A stretch of 64,000 nt of DNA from Enoplolaimus lenunculus (taxonomy: Eukaryota): the NCBI GenBank assembly GCA_030248215.1, contig JASANG010001128.1:1-64000 (forward strand), read 5' to 3'. The position numbers and the translations under genes were made by a program. Positions within the stretch are counted from its first letter, which is position 1. Every line of letters begins with the position of its first letter. The notes under the pieces were generated by a model. That model did not search any database, was not told the DNA's origin, and worked only from the letters and a program-made list of their open reading frames with translations. Below, piece by piece: positions 24,222-39,200 of this stretch.

Positions 24222-27200
24222 ATGGAAGATGAAAGGTTACGCCATTTGTAAGTAAATAGAAGTATCGTAATTTAGGTTTTTCCATTCAAAAAAATTTAAT
24301 CAAAATAAACAATATTTGCTCGCTAAAGTCAGTTGCTGATTACCATATAAAGTCACAGAAACAAAACAATTGCTCGCTTCACCGCAAATTACCGTTTAAT
24401 TCTGAACCGTTTTATACATTTTCGTACGCTTGCAGTTAACCCCTTCTCACACTGAGTTTCCTATAGGCAACTAAGCGCAATGTATATACGTTAAATAATG
24501 TATATCGCACCGTGCTTAACAATTGCAACACGTATACATAGTACTAAATCACCACAAGACGTGAGAACCCCCTCGGGCTCGAGCGTCAAGCTCCTATAGC
24601 TGAGTAGTGATGGTAAACGCCTCCCACCCCAGTCACTGGAGTTCGAATCCTAGCATAAAAGTATGTCTCAGGGGAAATGAAAAATATTCATGTGAGGGTT
24701 AAGCGAAAAACTTTCAGTTTACTATTTATAAACATGCAAAAACATTTGGCAAACCGGTACTGTGAAATTGAAATTGCACTAAATAGTACGTTTTTAGCAA
24801 ACTGGCTGAGCTATATAATTTTTGTAGGCGACTGTGTTTAGCGAGTGCAAAACTCACTAATATATATTAATGTAGATGTTTTGCGTGTCAACAAAAACTA
24901 ATCTCGAAGCTGCTCCCTAAAAGCTTAAACTAACTTGATTTAAGATTAAGCTAATCCACCAGTATTAAACTAACTTTTTACATTCACTAAACTAACAGGT
25001 AGGTTTACGCTTAATCTCATTTGAAATCTTACATATTTTAAGTTTGAGCTAAATTTATTGAACTCTTAGATACAAGGTTGCTCTTGTTTGTTAATCTAAA
25101 AATAAGTTTTCTTAAACTCGTGTTAAACTTAAAAATGCGTTAGTTTAAGTAAAACTGAAAATTCTAGTTTAGTTAGTCCGTCCAGCCATTTAAGTTTTAG
25201 TTAAACTGATATTCAAGTTTAGTTAAGCTATAATTTAAGTTTAAGTTTTTAGAGAGTGGAATTCTCACAGGTGCCCGATGGCTATAGGTCTACCAAATGC
25301 TGACCTATCAAGCGGATGATGGTCCCCCAGGCATGGTATCAGGATCTTACAGTGGCCAAGTTACCCTAAAAGCCGTCTCGTTTTTCGGGGACAACAATGT
25401 ACCAGGAGCACACGCAACAAATATAATTGAAACAGTGGGGACACTTGGGAAAGCCGAACAGTTGGGACCGCGGGACAGATGGGAAATTTGGGACATTTGA
25501 GACAGCCCGACAGGCGGGGCGAGTTGTAATCTATGTTATCTGCTCCAGTTACCCCATTTTTTACGGTAAACAGTTGACTCAGCCTTCCAGAATAACCGCT
25601 AATGTTGATGAATAGGTTTCAATTTACTATAGGCACTTTATTTTACGGCAAACAACTGATACTTCCCAGTATTAAGAGTTTCCGCATTCCAGTGACCAGC
25701 TGATAAACAACTGCCCGCAAGCAAACCAGCTAGTAAAAAACCAGTTGGTAAACAATTGACTGGTAAACAATTAGCTGGCAATTTCAACGATTAATACAAG
25801 CAGTTTTTGGTGGCAGCTATTAATGAACCTGGCTAATGGTTTTATCAGGTAGTTTACACCAGGTGATTAATGGGTTTCCCCTGCGTGGTTTACACCAAAC
25901 GATTTGTGGGTTTACCAACAGTTTACACCGCCTGGCTAAAGGATTACTACCAAACGGTTTACGAAGTGATTAACGCGTTTCTGTCAGGGCGTCCGAAAGG
26001 TGGAGTATGAAAGGAAGAAGTTTGTTTCTTAATATTGTTGAAGACTTTGACTCATGTAAAGATCAGGGGCGGAGAGTTTTTCGTTGGGACTAGAATCGAG
26101 CGAGCTTAAGCTTTAGACTAATTTTTTTGCTTGGCTTAGGCTTAGGCTTAGGAATAAACTCATTCTTACGCTCAGGCTTAGGCGTAAGCTTAGACGTAGG
26201 TTTAGGAATATGCTTATATTACTGTTCCGCCCCTGTTCTTCACAATGGCCAAGACATTTAACAGTTTAGCCATTTCAGACGTTACTTTCTGAGCTCTTCA
26301 AGGCTATTAAAGCATGAAATTAAACAAATGTCAGCCTTGAAAACTTTTAAAAGTTTTGAAATTTCAAAACTATTTATTTTGTGTACTATTACGCTCCTTA
26401 AAAAAGCAAAGCTCATGATTGTGAGCTAAAAATGTTTCATGAGAAGAAATACTGACATCATATTCAAGTAACATTGAAATTATGAATTAATTCTTTCGAG
26501 GTGTTTGGTTTTAATTCTATGAAAAGCAAAAGTTGTGTTTCTGCTAAGATTTATAGCTTATATTGATTTATCGTCTAAGATTTGGTTAAATGGTGAGAAT
26601 TTCCGGATGAACTAGCGTCGTAACGCATCATTTACTTCTAACTAACTTCAATTTAGATGCTTCTATACTTATAACTTGCTGGTTTTTGTGAACAGTGAAC
26701 TGACAAGTTAATTGGGCCCATGTATAGAACACGGCCGGAACGTTTTTCGGCAGGACTGTAATAAAATAAGCTTAAGCTTTAGACTAATTTTTTTGCTTTA
26801 GGCTTAGGCTTAGGCTTAAGCTTAGGCTTATGTATAAGGTCATTCTTATGCTTAGACTTAAGCTTAGGCTTATACTTACGAATATGCTGATACTACTGTT
26901 CCGGCCGTGTTGTATACATTGGCCGTTATTTGTATATAAGTGATTTTTTTATGAAGTTTGCGTGTTTATTTTCACTCCGTCTCCATGTCCGCTTTTACCG
27001 GCTGCTTGTTTATTTCAGATATGGAAATGTGCCTTTGCAAGTCGAAGGATTGGAAACCGAATGCAATGACGTTAATAATTTGAGAGCAGCGATGCAACAT
27101 ATTTCATTTCAATTGAAAAAATTCAAACGAAGCGAGTTCAACGATACAGTTAGTTGAATTGGCCAATGTTTAGAACACGGCCGGAACAGTAGTATAAGCA

Positions 27201-30200
27201 TATTGCTAAGCCTAAGCCTAAGCCTTTGCGTATAGATGAGCCTATTCGTAAGCCTAAGCCTAAACCAAAGCGTATAGATGAGCATATTCCTAAGCCTAAG
27301 CCTAAACCTAAGCATATAGATGAGTATATTCCTAAGCCTAAGCCTAAAAGCAAAAAATAGTCTAAAGCTTAAACTAACTCTATTATAGCCCCTCCGAAAA
27401 ACAATCCGGCCCTGTTCTATACATGGGCAGTTGAATTGCCATCAACGGTGTAAGAACAGATAGCAAAAGAAAATAGTGGAAACGAAAAAAGGATATTTAA
27501 GTATAAAAATGTTAAACACATGATTTATTTTTCAGCCACGTCTTCATTAAAAAGTCCTACACTTTGGTGCCCAACTGAATACTACGCTCGAGGGTACAAC
27601 CGGAGGTCTGCCTCCGGCTTCGGCTCTGACATAAAATCAGCATCCGGCTGCGGCTCCGGTAGCATTTTTGCCGGAGATTTTGGGGCAATTTCGGTAGTAA
27701 AATTTCGGACAATTTATCTATTTAGCGCGTTTCGTTTTACTTTTGTCACAGTTTTCAGGAAAGAGTTTCCGAAATTTCGGCGAAACTTAGCGTAAAACCA
27801 AGCAACTTAACAAACATATTGCAGATATTGGCTAGAATTTCACTACGTAACAATCATTTTTACAACCTAAAATTTTGCGTCACCGCTGGCTCCGACCACG
27901 GTATTTGCACATTCGGTTGCACCCTGCACGCTCCTAATTCCTGTTTCGGTATGTCGTTTGATGCTCACCCACCGGATCATTCAAGGATTTAAACTTTATT
28001 CCGAAATAATTGTGGCGTATTAAATTTTCAGAAAACGAACTGAAATCACAGATAGGAATTTGTAAGAAATTTTGTAAAACAATAACATGGACGTTTAATG
28101 AATAAATTTTTCCGACGGCTAACTCAAATTGAGACTGCATCGGCATATGTTCAAAAATACTTGAACCAGGTAACTTCCCGATAATCCAAGGATTGGTTTG
28201 TAATTCAAACAAACAATGGAAATTGTTAAGTGAACCAAACTTGTATCACAGATGAAAGCTAACAACAACCCGTTAACCATAAATCGTCGAAAAGTGCATA
28301 GAAATACAGGATCATATGCTCACATGCGTATATCATCTACCATCACCGATTGGTGTTGAAATTGACAAATTCCCGCAGTTACAATTCATAAAATTGGTAC
28401 AGAAGTTGAACAAATCAAATGCGAAAAATGTGCTCACCTTAGAACATCGCTAGAGCACTGGTTCGAAAGCGATATGATTTATTCTAAACTGGTGATAGGT
28501 GCAACACACATTTGAGAAAACGTCCGCTATTCCTAGTAGCTAATTTATTCAACAGACCCCTTACAAGGAGTAGTATAGCATAGGTGCCGAGAGTAGGTGG
28601 TCGTGGACCCTAAATTGACCGATTGGAGGGCGCTGAGCCCAATTTTTGTCGAACGGATAATAATTTTTGCCAAAGTCTGTCTAAAATTTGCAATTTTTCA
28701 CTAGGCTTCTGCAAATATGCTGCAAAATATTTTCTCGCGCTTCGCACGAAAACTGTTCTCTGAACTTGAGAGCAGGGGTGGGGGCTGACCCAGTGTTTTA
28801 AACCAAATGAGAAAATTTTCGCATGTAACTAAGCTGTACCTCAAGTGCGTCCACACGGGAGGGGCATTGGGGGCCGTGCCCCCACTCCAATTCGGCTGGC
28901 GCCCTCCCAAATAGACTCGGTCTAAAAGTAAACAATCTTGAATTGCTATTTTACTGTGCTCCATTTAAAATTTTTCGGCGGCCATCAAATATAATTCTCT
29001 GGGGACGCCAGTGATCAACCTTGAAGACAGAAATTTGTTAATAAAACTATTCTCCAAGACCGGATCATTTGTCCCCCCTAACTGGTCCCCATCCCGGATT
29101 TAAGCCCCAAGGTAGTTTATAAGAAGCATCCGGTTCCAGCTCGCTTCTCTCCTCCCGATCTTGTCCTGATTGTTCGATTATTTATCGCCAGTTCAAACGC
29201 AAAATATCAAAAAATATTCATGGCTGTGCGCGAAGTTTATATCGTTTTAAGGATTGCCTTCACTTCTATAACATCCACACATTTTGCAATTTTTGCTGAA
29301 ATTGCTATTTCTCGGATGGTGTCCTGAAGGAAGCTACGAAACCTGCCTATTTCGACCCTGGATCTTCTTGTTATGTTTGGTATATCTACGCGACTTCCTG
29401 CGTTGTTGTTCACCCCTCGAATCATAATTTGTTTTCGACACGGCTGCGCAGTAGTAATAATTGCGACCCGTGTTACTTTAAGGTGAAAACCATGTTTTCA
29501 CTACACTTCAATAATAGAGCAAGCTTTAAGCTTTAGACTAATTTTTGCATAGGATTACGTTTAGCAATATGTTTACACTACTGTTGCGGCCCTTTAAAGG
29601 CTATAATTGCAGCTAATGAATGATACATTTATGCGTTTTTGAGTCGTTTATATTTACAATAAAGGATTGTTGTTTTTCAGAAAACGCCAGAATCCATGTC
29701 ATGCGTTGGAGCTGATTTATTATTAATGTAAGATCAAGAGTACACGATACAAAGTGTACAAATCTTGGCGTTCCGCACGGTACAAAATGTGCCACCGGGT
29801 GTTGGGTTTTTGGCAGACGCCCCTTATTTGGAGGTGGGTACAAACTGTGCGATCCATGGAACTTTATGTATCCGGCATCAAAAAGGCTCGGCTTATGGTT
29901 TAATTTAGGGTTATTGCATTTGACAGCGGCTCCGTTTAAATAAGGAGTGGTCTTTCAAAAACGTAACTCATTCTCTAGCGGATATAGAAGGTAGGGGCGA
30001 GGGGGGGGGGCGCACTCCCCCTTGTCAGAAATTTTTTGTGATAAAATAGTAACGTTTCTACGTTACAATTTTCTCCCAGAGAAAATTTTTAGTAAAAAAC
30101 ATTTTTTGACACAAAACATAAAACCTTACATTTTTTACATCTGAAAATGTTTTGGTCATAAAATGATATGATCTCTACCTTTCAAATTTTCCGTTTTATA

Positions 30201-33200
30201 ACATTTTACAGCCCGTCCACGCCCGTCAGAAATTTTTGGATCCACCTATTTACGCATGACGGGTACACTGTAAAAAAATGGGGAGTCAAATGGACTCTCT
30301 CGGTAATAGGCTTTTCCTGGCTACACAAATTGAGTCAAATTCGGCTCCACTAGAGTAAGATTCGATTAATTTTTTACAGTGTACATTTTGTACTATGCGA
30401 AACCCCAAGAGTGGCACACTCTTGTATCATGCACTCTTCCTAAAGAACAGGGTCGAAGCCATTTAAAGTGTGTCAACGACTTTAGCATAAACTTGACCGT
30501 TCATAAACTTGCGCAGCACTTAGACGTAGTTTGTATGATCATTTCGACACAAAAAACCGGGCCTGAAACCTTAGGGGGCATACCTGCGTTCAGTTTCTTT
30601 TGGAAAACATTGCCTCCTATGAAAAGTTTAATTTAGTTTTAATTCAAACTAGAATGTCCTGAATTCTGTTTCTAACATCGTTCTGACCCAGCAGCATGTT
30701 GAGCTGGCTTTGGGCATATTAGGCAAATTTTTTTGTGAGTGAACTTTTTAAGCGAGAAAATTTTATGACTTCTAAGCATCCAAAACATTTATTCTAGTAA
30801 GCATGTTTGTCATTCAATGAGGTAATATAGCCCCTCCATGACTACTGTCTAAACACTTAAATTACAGCGTAACTAAACTTCAATATTAATTGAAGTGAAA
30901 CTTAAATGGTTGGACGGACTAAAACTAAACTGAAATTTTAAGTTTAACTTAAACTAACTCATTTTTAAGTTTAAGGCGAATTTAAGCCAAACTTAATTTT
31001 TTGTTTAAGTAACAAATGCAGCACTGATATAACGTATAGCTTAGAAATCAATAAGTTTAGCTTAAACTAAAAAATATGTAAGATTTCAAATCAATTTAAA
31101 CGTAAACTACCACTAAAGATTAATTAATCATGGAAACTAGTTTAACACCTCTAGATTAACTTAAGTTTAAATCGAGTAAGTTTAAGTTTTAGACAGTACG
31201 TTTGTATACACACAACTTTTAGCTTATCTCAATCCATTTTATGCTATGAACAGCAGAAATCAGGGCCTGAGCAGCCACCCCCATGCCACCCATTTGCGGC
31301 GTCCAACCCTAAAGGGGCCTCCACCCTAACCGGTTGAAACAAAACCGCTAATGTTTTAAAATGCATCTGGCTTCTCGCTCTCTTTAAACAAGAGTATGCA
31401 ACTGGGTACGTTTTATGTTTTAAAACCCGCCATTTCACATTCAATATTGCAAGCAACGGAAATAGATTTGACTATTTTTAGATTCATTTTCGGGCCCATG
31501 TATAGAACAGGGTCGGAACAGTAGTATAAACATATTCTTAAGCCTAAGCCTAAGCCTAAGCGTAAGGATGAGCCAATTCCTAAGCTTAAGCGAAAATTAA
31601 GCCTAAGTCTAACCAAATACGTTAGTCTAAAGCTTTAATCTAAACTCTATTATAGCCCTATAGGAAAACCTTCCGTCCCTGTTCTATACATGGGCCTATT
31701 TTCGTATTTCAGAAATGCCGTAAATGAGTATGAAGCGGCATTGAGAAAAGATTTCACCGAACTTCTGTATTGTGAAGAATGCGAAACGAAAATACTGAAT
31801 TCGATGCAATGTTACGAGGTGGGCATTAGAAGCGTTTACAAGGGTAGGAGATAAACAAGTATATATCTCCCTCTCAAAATTTCTGGGCACACAAATTGTT
31901 ACTGTTAACTGATTTTTAGGGATAGACTAATGGTGATTTTGTTCGAAAATATGCAATTTATCGAAGAAGTTCAACTTTATCTTTTGAAATGCCAAACGTT
32001 TTAACGCTGCTAATTTTGGATTATAATTTTGGGATGAAAAAATATCGAATTTTAAACCGTGGCGCAAATTTGTAAAGAAGACAGAATTTGCCTGTCGCAA
32101 CCGGATATCCGGTCGAAACCTGTTCTAGATCCGTCCGTTCACTAGCGGATACAGAGGGAGGGTGGGGGGGGGCGTACGCCCCTCCTGTTAGAATTTTTTT
32201 GTTAAAATGGTACGGTCCCTCCTACCTTTACCATTTTCCCCCTCAAAAATTTTTGTAGAAATATACAATGTTTACCCTGAGAAATTTTTTCTGATAAAAA
32301 TGATAAGTTCTCTATCATACAATTTTTTCTCCAAGAAAAGTTTTTAGTGATAAAATGATAAGGTCCCTACCTTACAATTTTTGTGTTTCATAACATTTGC
32401 CAGCCCGCCCCTTTAACGTCAGAAATTTTTGGATCCCGTTTGTGCACAGGATGAGATCAGAAAAATTAATGAAACCGAAACTATGATCAAACGCATGACT
32501 GAAGAAACACCGTCAATTCAGACAGTCGAACATTTTCATCAGGGGCCGATGGAGGCTTCCACCAAATCCGAAGCGACTTCTGTTAGGTAAGGTCGCTTAG
32601 TCACTAAGCCATCGTTAACGATTGGCCGATTTTGTCTTCAGACCCAATATTAATATTATAGTCGTTTTTCGGTGCTGAAGTAACCAATCCGAATCCCTGG
32701 TAACGACACTGTCTACAGTAATTCTAATTGATAACTTATCAGTGTGAAGCTGAGAAATACCGATGCAGAAACTATAAATTTGGTAAACCAGGTACTGTAG
32801 TGAACCGGATGAGAAGGGTAGGGAGACAGGCACTTATTTTGTCACTGTAGAGGGCAGATTCCTTGCTATTTGGATCCGGAATGTTATATATTTTTCAATC
32901 CGACTTCAGTTATTTGAACCACACACCTTTTAACTTATGCCAGCTATTTTCTGCGGTTTAAAAATATATATGTCGTAGCCCAAGCTGTAAATTGGGCTAG
33001 CCTACGCCGTAATTCTTTCTATGCAATAAGTGCACGCCTTATGATTGCTTACTACCTTAATGCCATACTCAAATACGATTGGCTGATGCAAATACTTTTT
33101 TCTGATTGGCTAAGTAATCGCCACCTATTGGCTACCTAACAGTTTGCTTTATACTGAGAAATGCAGAATCACGCAGGATTACGACTATAAAACAAAATAA

Positions 33201-36200
33201 ATCTACGTATAAACCCTATATTATAGAAAATATATATTTACGCATGTTGACATTTTTATTTTTGTTCTTAAATAATTTATAGGAATACAGATGTCAGATT
33301 TAAAGCGATGGAAATCGAAGATAAAAAGGTATGTTGCAAACACAACTACTTACACAGTAAACGAAACAGGCTATTTTCTGCAAAATCAAGGATTTTCTTA
33401 GTGGTTCGTAAAGATTAAATTTTTTTATCTGCCCTTCTCACAGAACTTTATCAGTCAATAGCTCAGTGTTACAATCTCCATTCTATTAAAAGTTTGCGAG
33501 ATGTCAAAAAACTTTTGGTGAACGCACGGAATCTCGACCCCCCCCCAGGACTGACACTTGACTATTGTTATTTAGATAGGGGAATTTCGTTCCACGGCGT
33601 TCCGTGGGTTTTGAAATATGTCATACCTTGGCACACGGTAGATATTTCAAATTATTGTGTTTTTTGTAATTTTTCACACAATTAACACTTTCTCGTGCTA
33701 ATTTTTTGTGTAAATTTTAACTCAAATTAGTATTTAAATTAAAGTTTGCAACGTTGCTTAATTTTACTTTCAAAATCTGTTGCGGATTCAGAAAAAATTT
33801 AAGATGAATCGTCTTGAAACTTTTGTGCGCTACAAACGTTGGTTTACAATCATCGTAGAACTTCAGGCCCATGTACAGATCAAGGACGAAACGTTATTCA
33901 ATGAACTGGAATAGAGTAAGTTTAGCTTTAGTCTGATTTTTTACTTAGGCTTAGGGTTAAAGCTTAGGCTTAGGTATAAGTTTACTCTTACACTCAGGAT
34001 TAGGCTTAGGAATATGCTTTTATTACTGTTCCGCCACTTTTCTATACATTGGCCGAAGCTCACAGTGTGTTTTCTTATGCAAATTCCCGTAAATACAGCG
34101 CAGATTCTGCACACAGCATAAACACGGTGCCTTCAGTGAAACTTAGTTTATAAATCATTGTTTTCAACTTCAAAACTGCAAAATTTCAAAACAAAAAGTA
34201 TCGTCTGATACTGAAAAATCTTCGATATTCGTTACGGCGAATGTAAAGAACATGGGCGGAACAGTATAATAACCATATTCCTAAGCCTAAGCCTGAGCCT
34301 AAGCCTAAGCGTAAGAATGAGCATATGACTAAACCTACTGTATTAACCCGAATAAGAGGGGGGTAATAAAAGGGTGGTCCCCATTTTGGGTCCGAATCAA
34401 TAGGAGTCCGTATCCCTAATAAGAGTCCGTTAGAGGATAGAGTGCCTAAACCCTAATTAGAGTCCATAAATGTCAATTAGCCCTAATTGTAGCACATAAA
34501 TGACTTCAGGACCAAATAATTTGAGTTCGAAACTTTACAGCGTACTTAAATTTTGAAAGTACATTCCTAAGTATAACCTTTTATTATCGCTCAAACTATT
34601 GAAACGAGACAAATATACGTTAAATTCAACAGATAGGGCGGCGGAGCGTGGGTTAAAAATAAATAACAGTCCGCAACCGAATAACAAGGTGGGTGCCCTC
34701 TGGAGAGGCCAAATAAATATCAGTCCCCCTCTTATTCGGGTCAATACAGTAAGCCTCTGGAGAGGCCAAATAAATATCAGTCCCCCTCTTATTCGGGTCA
34801 ATACAGTAAGCCTAAGCCTAACGTAAGCCTAAGCCTAAGCTTAAGTCTAAGCCAAAGCGTAAGAATGAGCATTTCCGTAAGCCTAAGCTTGAGCCTGAGC
34901 CAAGCAAAAAATAGTCTAAAGCTTAAACTATACTCTATTGAAGTCCCACGGAAAAACGTTCCGTCCTTGATCTTTGCATAGGCCTTCGTTACGATTATTG
35001 TAAATTGATAATTTATAGAACGTCTTGGCTGTTCAAATTTATTCGTTGTGCGAGAAGAAACTAGAAATGGTCACTGCGATCAAAAATGTAAGTGCTTTTT
35101 TGAAACAATATATTTTCTATCAATTAGTAATGATTAGCTATGTAATTTTATGATTTTATGTAATATATTTTCAATAATCACCAACTATGGTTTTACATGA
35201 TATCGTAGTCTATATACTCAAATAGGCATAGCACCAATCACAAGTTAACAGGGTGCAACCGGAATTCCGGTTCCGATAGCAAATTCCGGTATTTTTCACT
35301 CTCCGGTTTCGGTAATAAATGCGGTATTTTTTCAACAGAATTTTGCGGTATTTTTAGGCTTAGGTTTAAGTTGACACTTTAGACTTGTATAATATACTTT
35401 TAAGACTTGAGTATACACATGTCGATATGAATATAGCTAACATAATACGTTGAGTAAAGAACCAAATCTGTACTGGGCCCGTTTTCTCAAACGTGAGCAG
35501 CACCTGAAATCAGTTGGTGATAGTGTTGGTATTCAATATGATAAATAACAAAGGTGAGCCAACCACCATGACAAGTTTAAATTTAACTCAATAAACAAGT
35601 AATACCCAGAATACATAAAGCAAAATCACCAAGACACTAGAAAACTGCCTAGCTACTCTCGTGACAAAGAAGTACCGGACACACTGGCAAATATTCCATA
35701 TTGCTGACATTATGCAAATCAACTGCGATAGCTAGTGAACTTAAAACCTATTACTAACTGATGATAGTTGGTATACACATTCAAGAATATGGGTCCTAAA
35801 TTTGATTTGGTCCACGAAGCTTGATGTTTATGGACTAATTTGTACTTTTCAACGCTATCCATTTACGGACTATAATAGACGCCTATTGATTCATGCTCAA
35901 AATTGGGACTACGGACTCTAATTACCTCCCGTCTCGAATTCAGGTAAGTGCAATATTAAAAACCTATATACATGTGTCGCTTTGTCGTCGCTAGGGTGAT
36001 TCGGTTTGTAGTACTGTAGTGACCCGAATAAGATGGGAGGGGAGGGCTGACATTTGTTTGGCCTCACCAGAGGGTACCCCACTGCCATTCGGTTACGGAC
36101 TGTTATTTATTTTGAACCTGCACTCCGCCACCCTTCGTTACTGATATATATCCGGTATACTCCTATTGATTGGGACTCAAAATGGGGAACTCCCCTCTTT

Positions 36201-39200
36201 TCCCCTGCTATTCGGGTCACTACAGTATTAATATTTTAGATGCTTGAAAATCGAAAACAATATCACGAAGCTGCGCAAGATGCTATCAGTAACTCTCTTA
36301 AGTGCATCGTCCAGGGAATAGGTAAGTCATTTTGGTTAGTTGCATTAGCCCATCTAAGCCCCGCAACCATGATTAGTCAGGATAAGATAAGTATTGGCGA
36401 GTTGGGCCTGTTTACAGATCAAGGGCAGAACGTTTTTTTGCGGGACCGCAACCGAGTACGCTTTAAGCTTTACACTAATTTTTTTGCTTAGGTTCAGGTA
36501 TAACCTCATTCTTACGCTTAGAAATATGCATATGCTACTGTTACACACAAAATAAATTGTCTTGTATTGAAGAAATATTATCTAAAATTTGAGACAATTA
36601 TGTCTTGATGCTGACTTCAGACAAATGTCTTCAATTCAAGACTTTTATTTGTTAAATTTTTCAGAAATATTGGTGTCAAATTTTTCACACTTAAATGTCT
36701 TAAATTTAAGACTTCGTTTTAAGAACAATTAAGAAAATTATTTCTTAAATATATGACAAATATTTCTGAAATATAAGACATTTATGTCTGAAATAAAACA
36801 CAGAGATTTGCCATGGAAACCGACTCCAAAATTGGGGGCTAAAGCTCACCCCATTTACAACCTAAGATACGTAAACTTAGGTTGGGGGAGCCAGAACTCA
36901 ACCCGAAATATCTTTGAAATTCGATTATTTATATACCCTTTTAAGAATAAAACGGAGCAGCTGTTTTATATACATCAAAACCAAAAAATTAATTCTTGAA
37001 TAAAAACACAACTATTTCTTTAAAGAAAGAAATTTGTGTCTTATAAATTGGCAATAGGAATTTCTTGAATATGTGACAATTATGTTTTTTGTTATTTAAG
37101 AAACGAATTTCTGAACGGTTTAAGGTTATTAATGTCTGAAATACAGAACATTTATGTCTTGAATATTCGATAAAGTAGGAGTCTTGAGATTTTAAGGCAA
37201 TTTATTTTGTGTGTACGGCCCTGTTCTATACGTACATCGAGCGTACATTGAAACAACATTAAACAAATTTTACTCAATTTTTTTAAATTACGCGAAATCA
37301 AATTTGAACTGTCCTATTTGTTTCTGTGACGTGTCCTTTAAATTGAAGACGAAATGACAATAAGTAAAAGTTAAAAGAAATCTTTTAGTAGGGGGTATTT
37401 TATTTAGCAAATTGATAGTTTAAGTAGAGCATTGAAAATTAATGCAATTAATTAGCGAAAATACGAGGCTTGAGTCGAATTTGACTTTAGCAATGTCGAA
37501 TTTGACTCAGTTTGTGTAGTCCGGAAAAGCCTATTTCGAAGAGAGTCAATTTGACTCACCATTTTTTGCAGTGTAGACGCGAAGCTTATTATCCCCTTTC
37601 TCTCAGACTTGAAACCAGTGCTTGCTGAACAGTGATGGCAAACATTTCTCACTCCAGTGTCCCGAGTTCAATTGCAAACTTGAAAATAGCAGTTCAGTTT
37701 AAATAAAATCAAATTTGTGATTCCTCAGATCAGCACCAGCGTCCGCCGGCAGTTTTCGGTCGCTCCCTAGAGGCACATTTGAACGATTTCAAGCAAGACA
37801 TCGCATACGTCATTGAAGATTGCTGTAAAGCTCTGGTGGGCTTAGGATTACGACAAGAGGTAAAAAAACAGGAATTTTTAGTTTCGGCTCCGGAATTGTC
37901 ACAGGGGCCTGATAAGTCTCATCAACCAATTTCGACTTTGTGCGCGCAGGCACGTAGCTAAGCTGGGGAACTTCAAATGCGGAGCAAGCTTATATTTCAG
38001 ATGATGGCAATTTTTAACTGACAAATTCTATTCTAAACTGATCAGCAAAATACCATTGTTCACTCTTCAAAAGTGATAATACATTGATCGTAAGGGTATG
38101 GAACCAACGGTTAGCCATCGAATAAACAGAATTTTTGGTGTATAAATTACGTGAAGGAACGTATTACGTAAATATTGTACAAAACTTCGCAAGCGAAGCT
38201 AACAAGAAGCCAATCACATTTTCAGGACTTCCACTGGCGTATCAACAGCTTTCCCCACCCCTGGGGCTCATGCATAGGTCAGGGGTGGAACGTTTTTCTG
38301 TGTGGGACTTGAATAGAGTAAGCTTAAGCTTATTAAAATTGCTCAAGATAGCTTTGTTCCAGAAAAACCACGCGAACGAAGCGAGACACAACTCAAACAG
38401 AGTTGCGATAGTAAATCTTAAAAGCATTCAGTTTTAGCGACAAAATTATTTCCGAATTTCTTTAAGTACCCAATCAGTTTACAGAAGAAAGGGCTAATAC
38501 AAACCCACGGAACCGCTCCCACTTCGTGTCCCCCTGGTTATGTCCCTATGTGGGATAAACTGAGGGGTGACAACATCGGACCTTCAGCTAAGGCATACGG
38601 CAACGCCTTCAAAATTCTGGTATGTTTTAATAGCCCGATGCGCCGAAAATTCTACAGCCTTGAAGGATTCCAGAATCCAGGTGGGCCGCTACCTTGTCGC
38701 CAGTTGAACCTCTGCGGGTGGGACATAAATACATTTTTTGGTTGTTAAACCAGTAGTTTTCTAGGGTGCCAAAAATTTCCTAAAACGCTGAATGTCACTA
38801 GCCCCCCTCTGGCTACGGATGTTGCATTACCAGGGGACTTTACGACGGACTCTATATGATTCATTTCGAACAACTGCGTTATTTTTGTACACCCTATTAA
38901 ATTCGACAAATGTGAGTTTGATACGGCAACCACAATATTTTGCGTGCAGTCTGTGGTAAAATCTAACTCTGTTCCAATGTACCTAAACAGTAAACGTTCA
39001 CTTCCCGAGCTGGCGTTTTAGACAAAGAGTCTGTCTTAAACTTGACAATTGATTCCAGTCGATTCAGGAATAGAACTTATAAATTGGCAAATATTTATTG
39101 AGTTTTTACTATAATCACTAAATTGCTACTAAATTCATCACAGTTTAAGAACAGAATCACAGTGGTTAAATTTTTCAGAAAACAGATAAACGTTAGAGTA

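Noticed and set aside
24590..24655. tRNA gene
   Set aside because: No convincing cloverleaf; degenerate second copy points to a SINE
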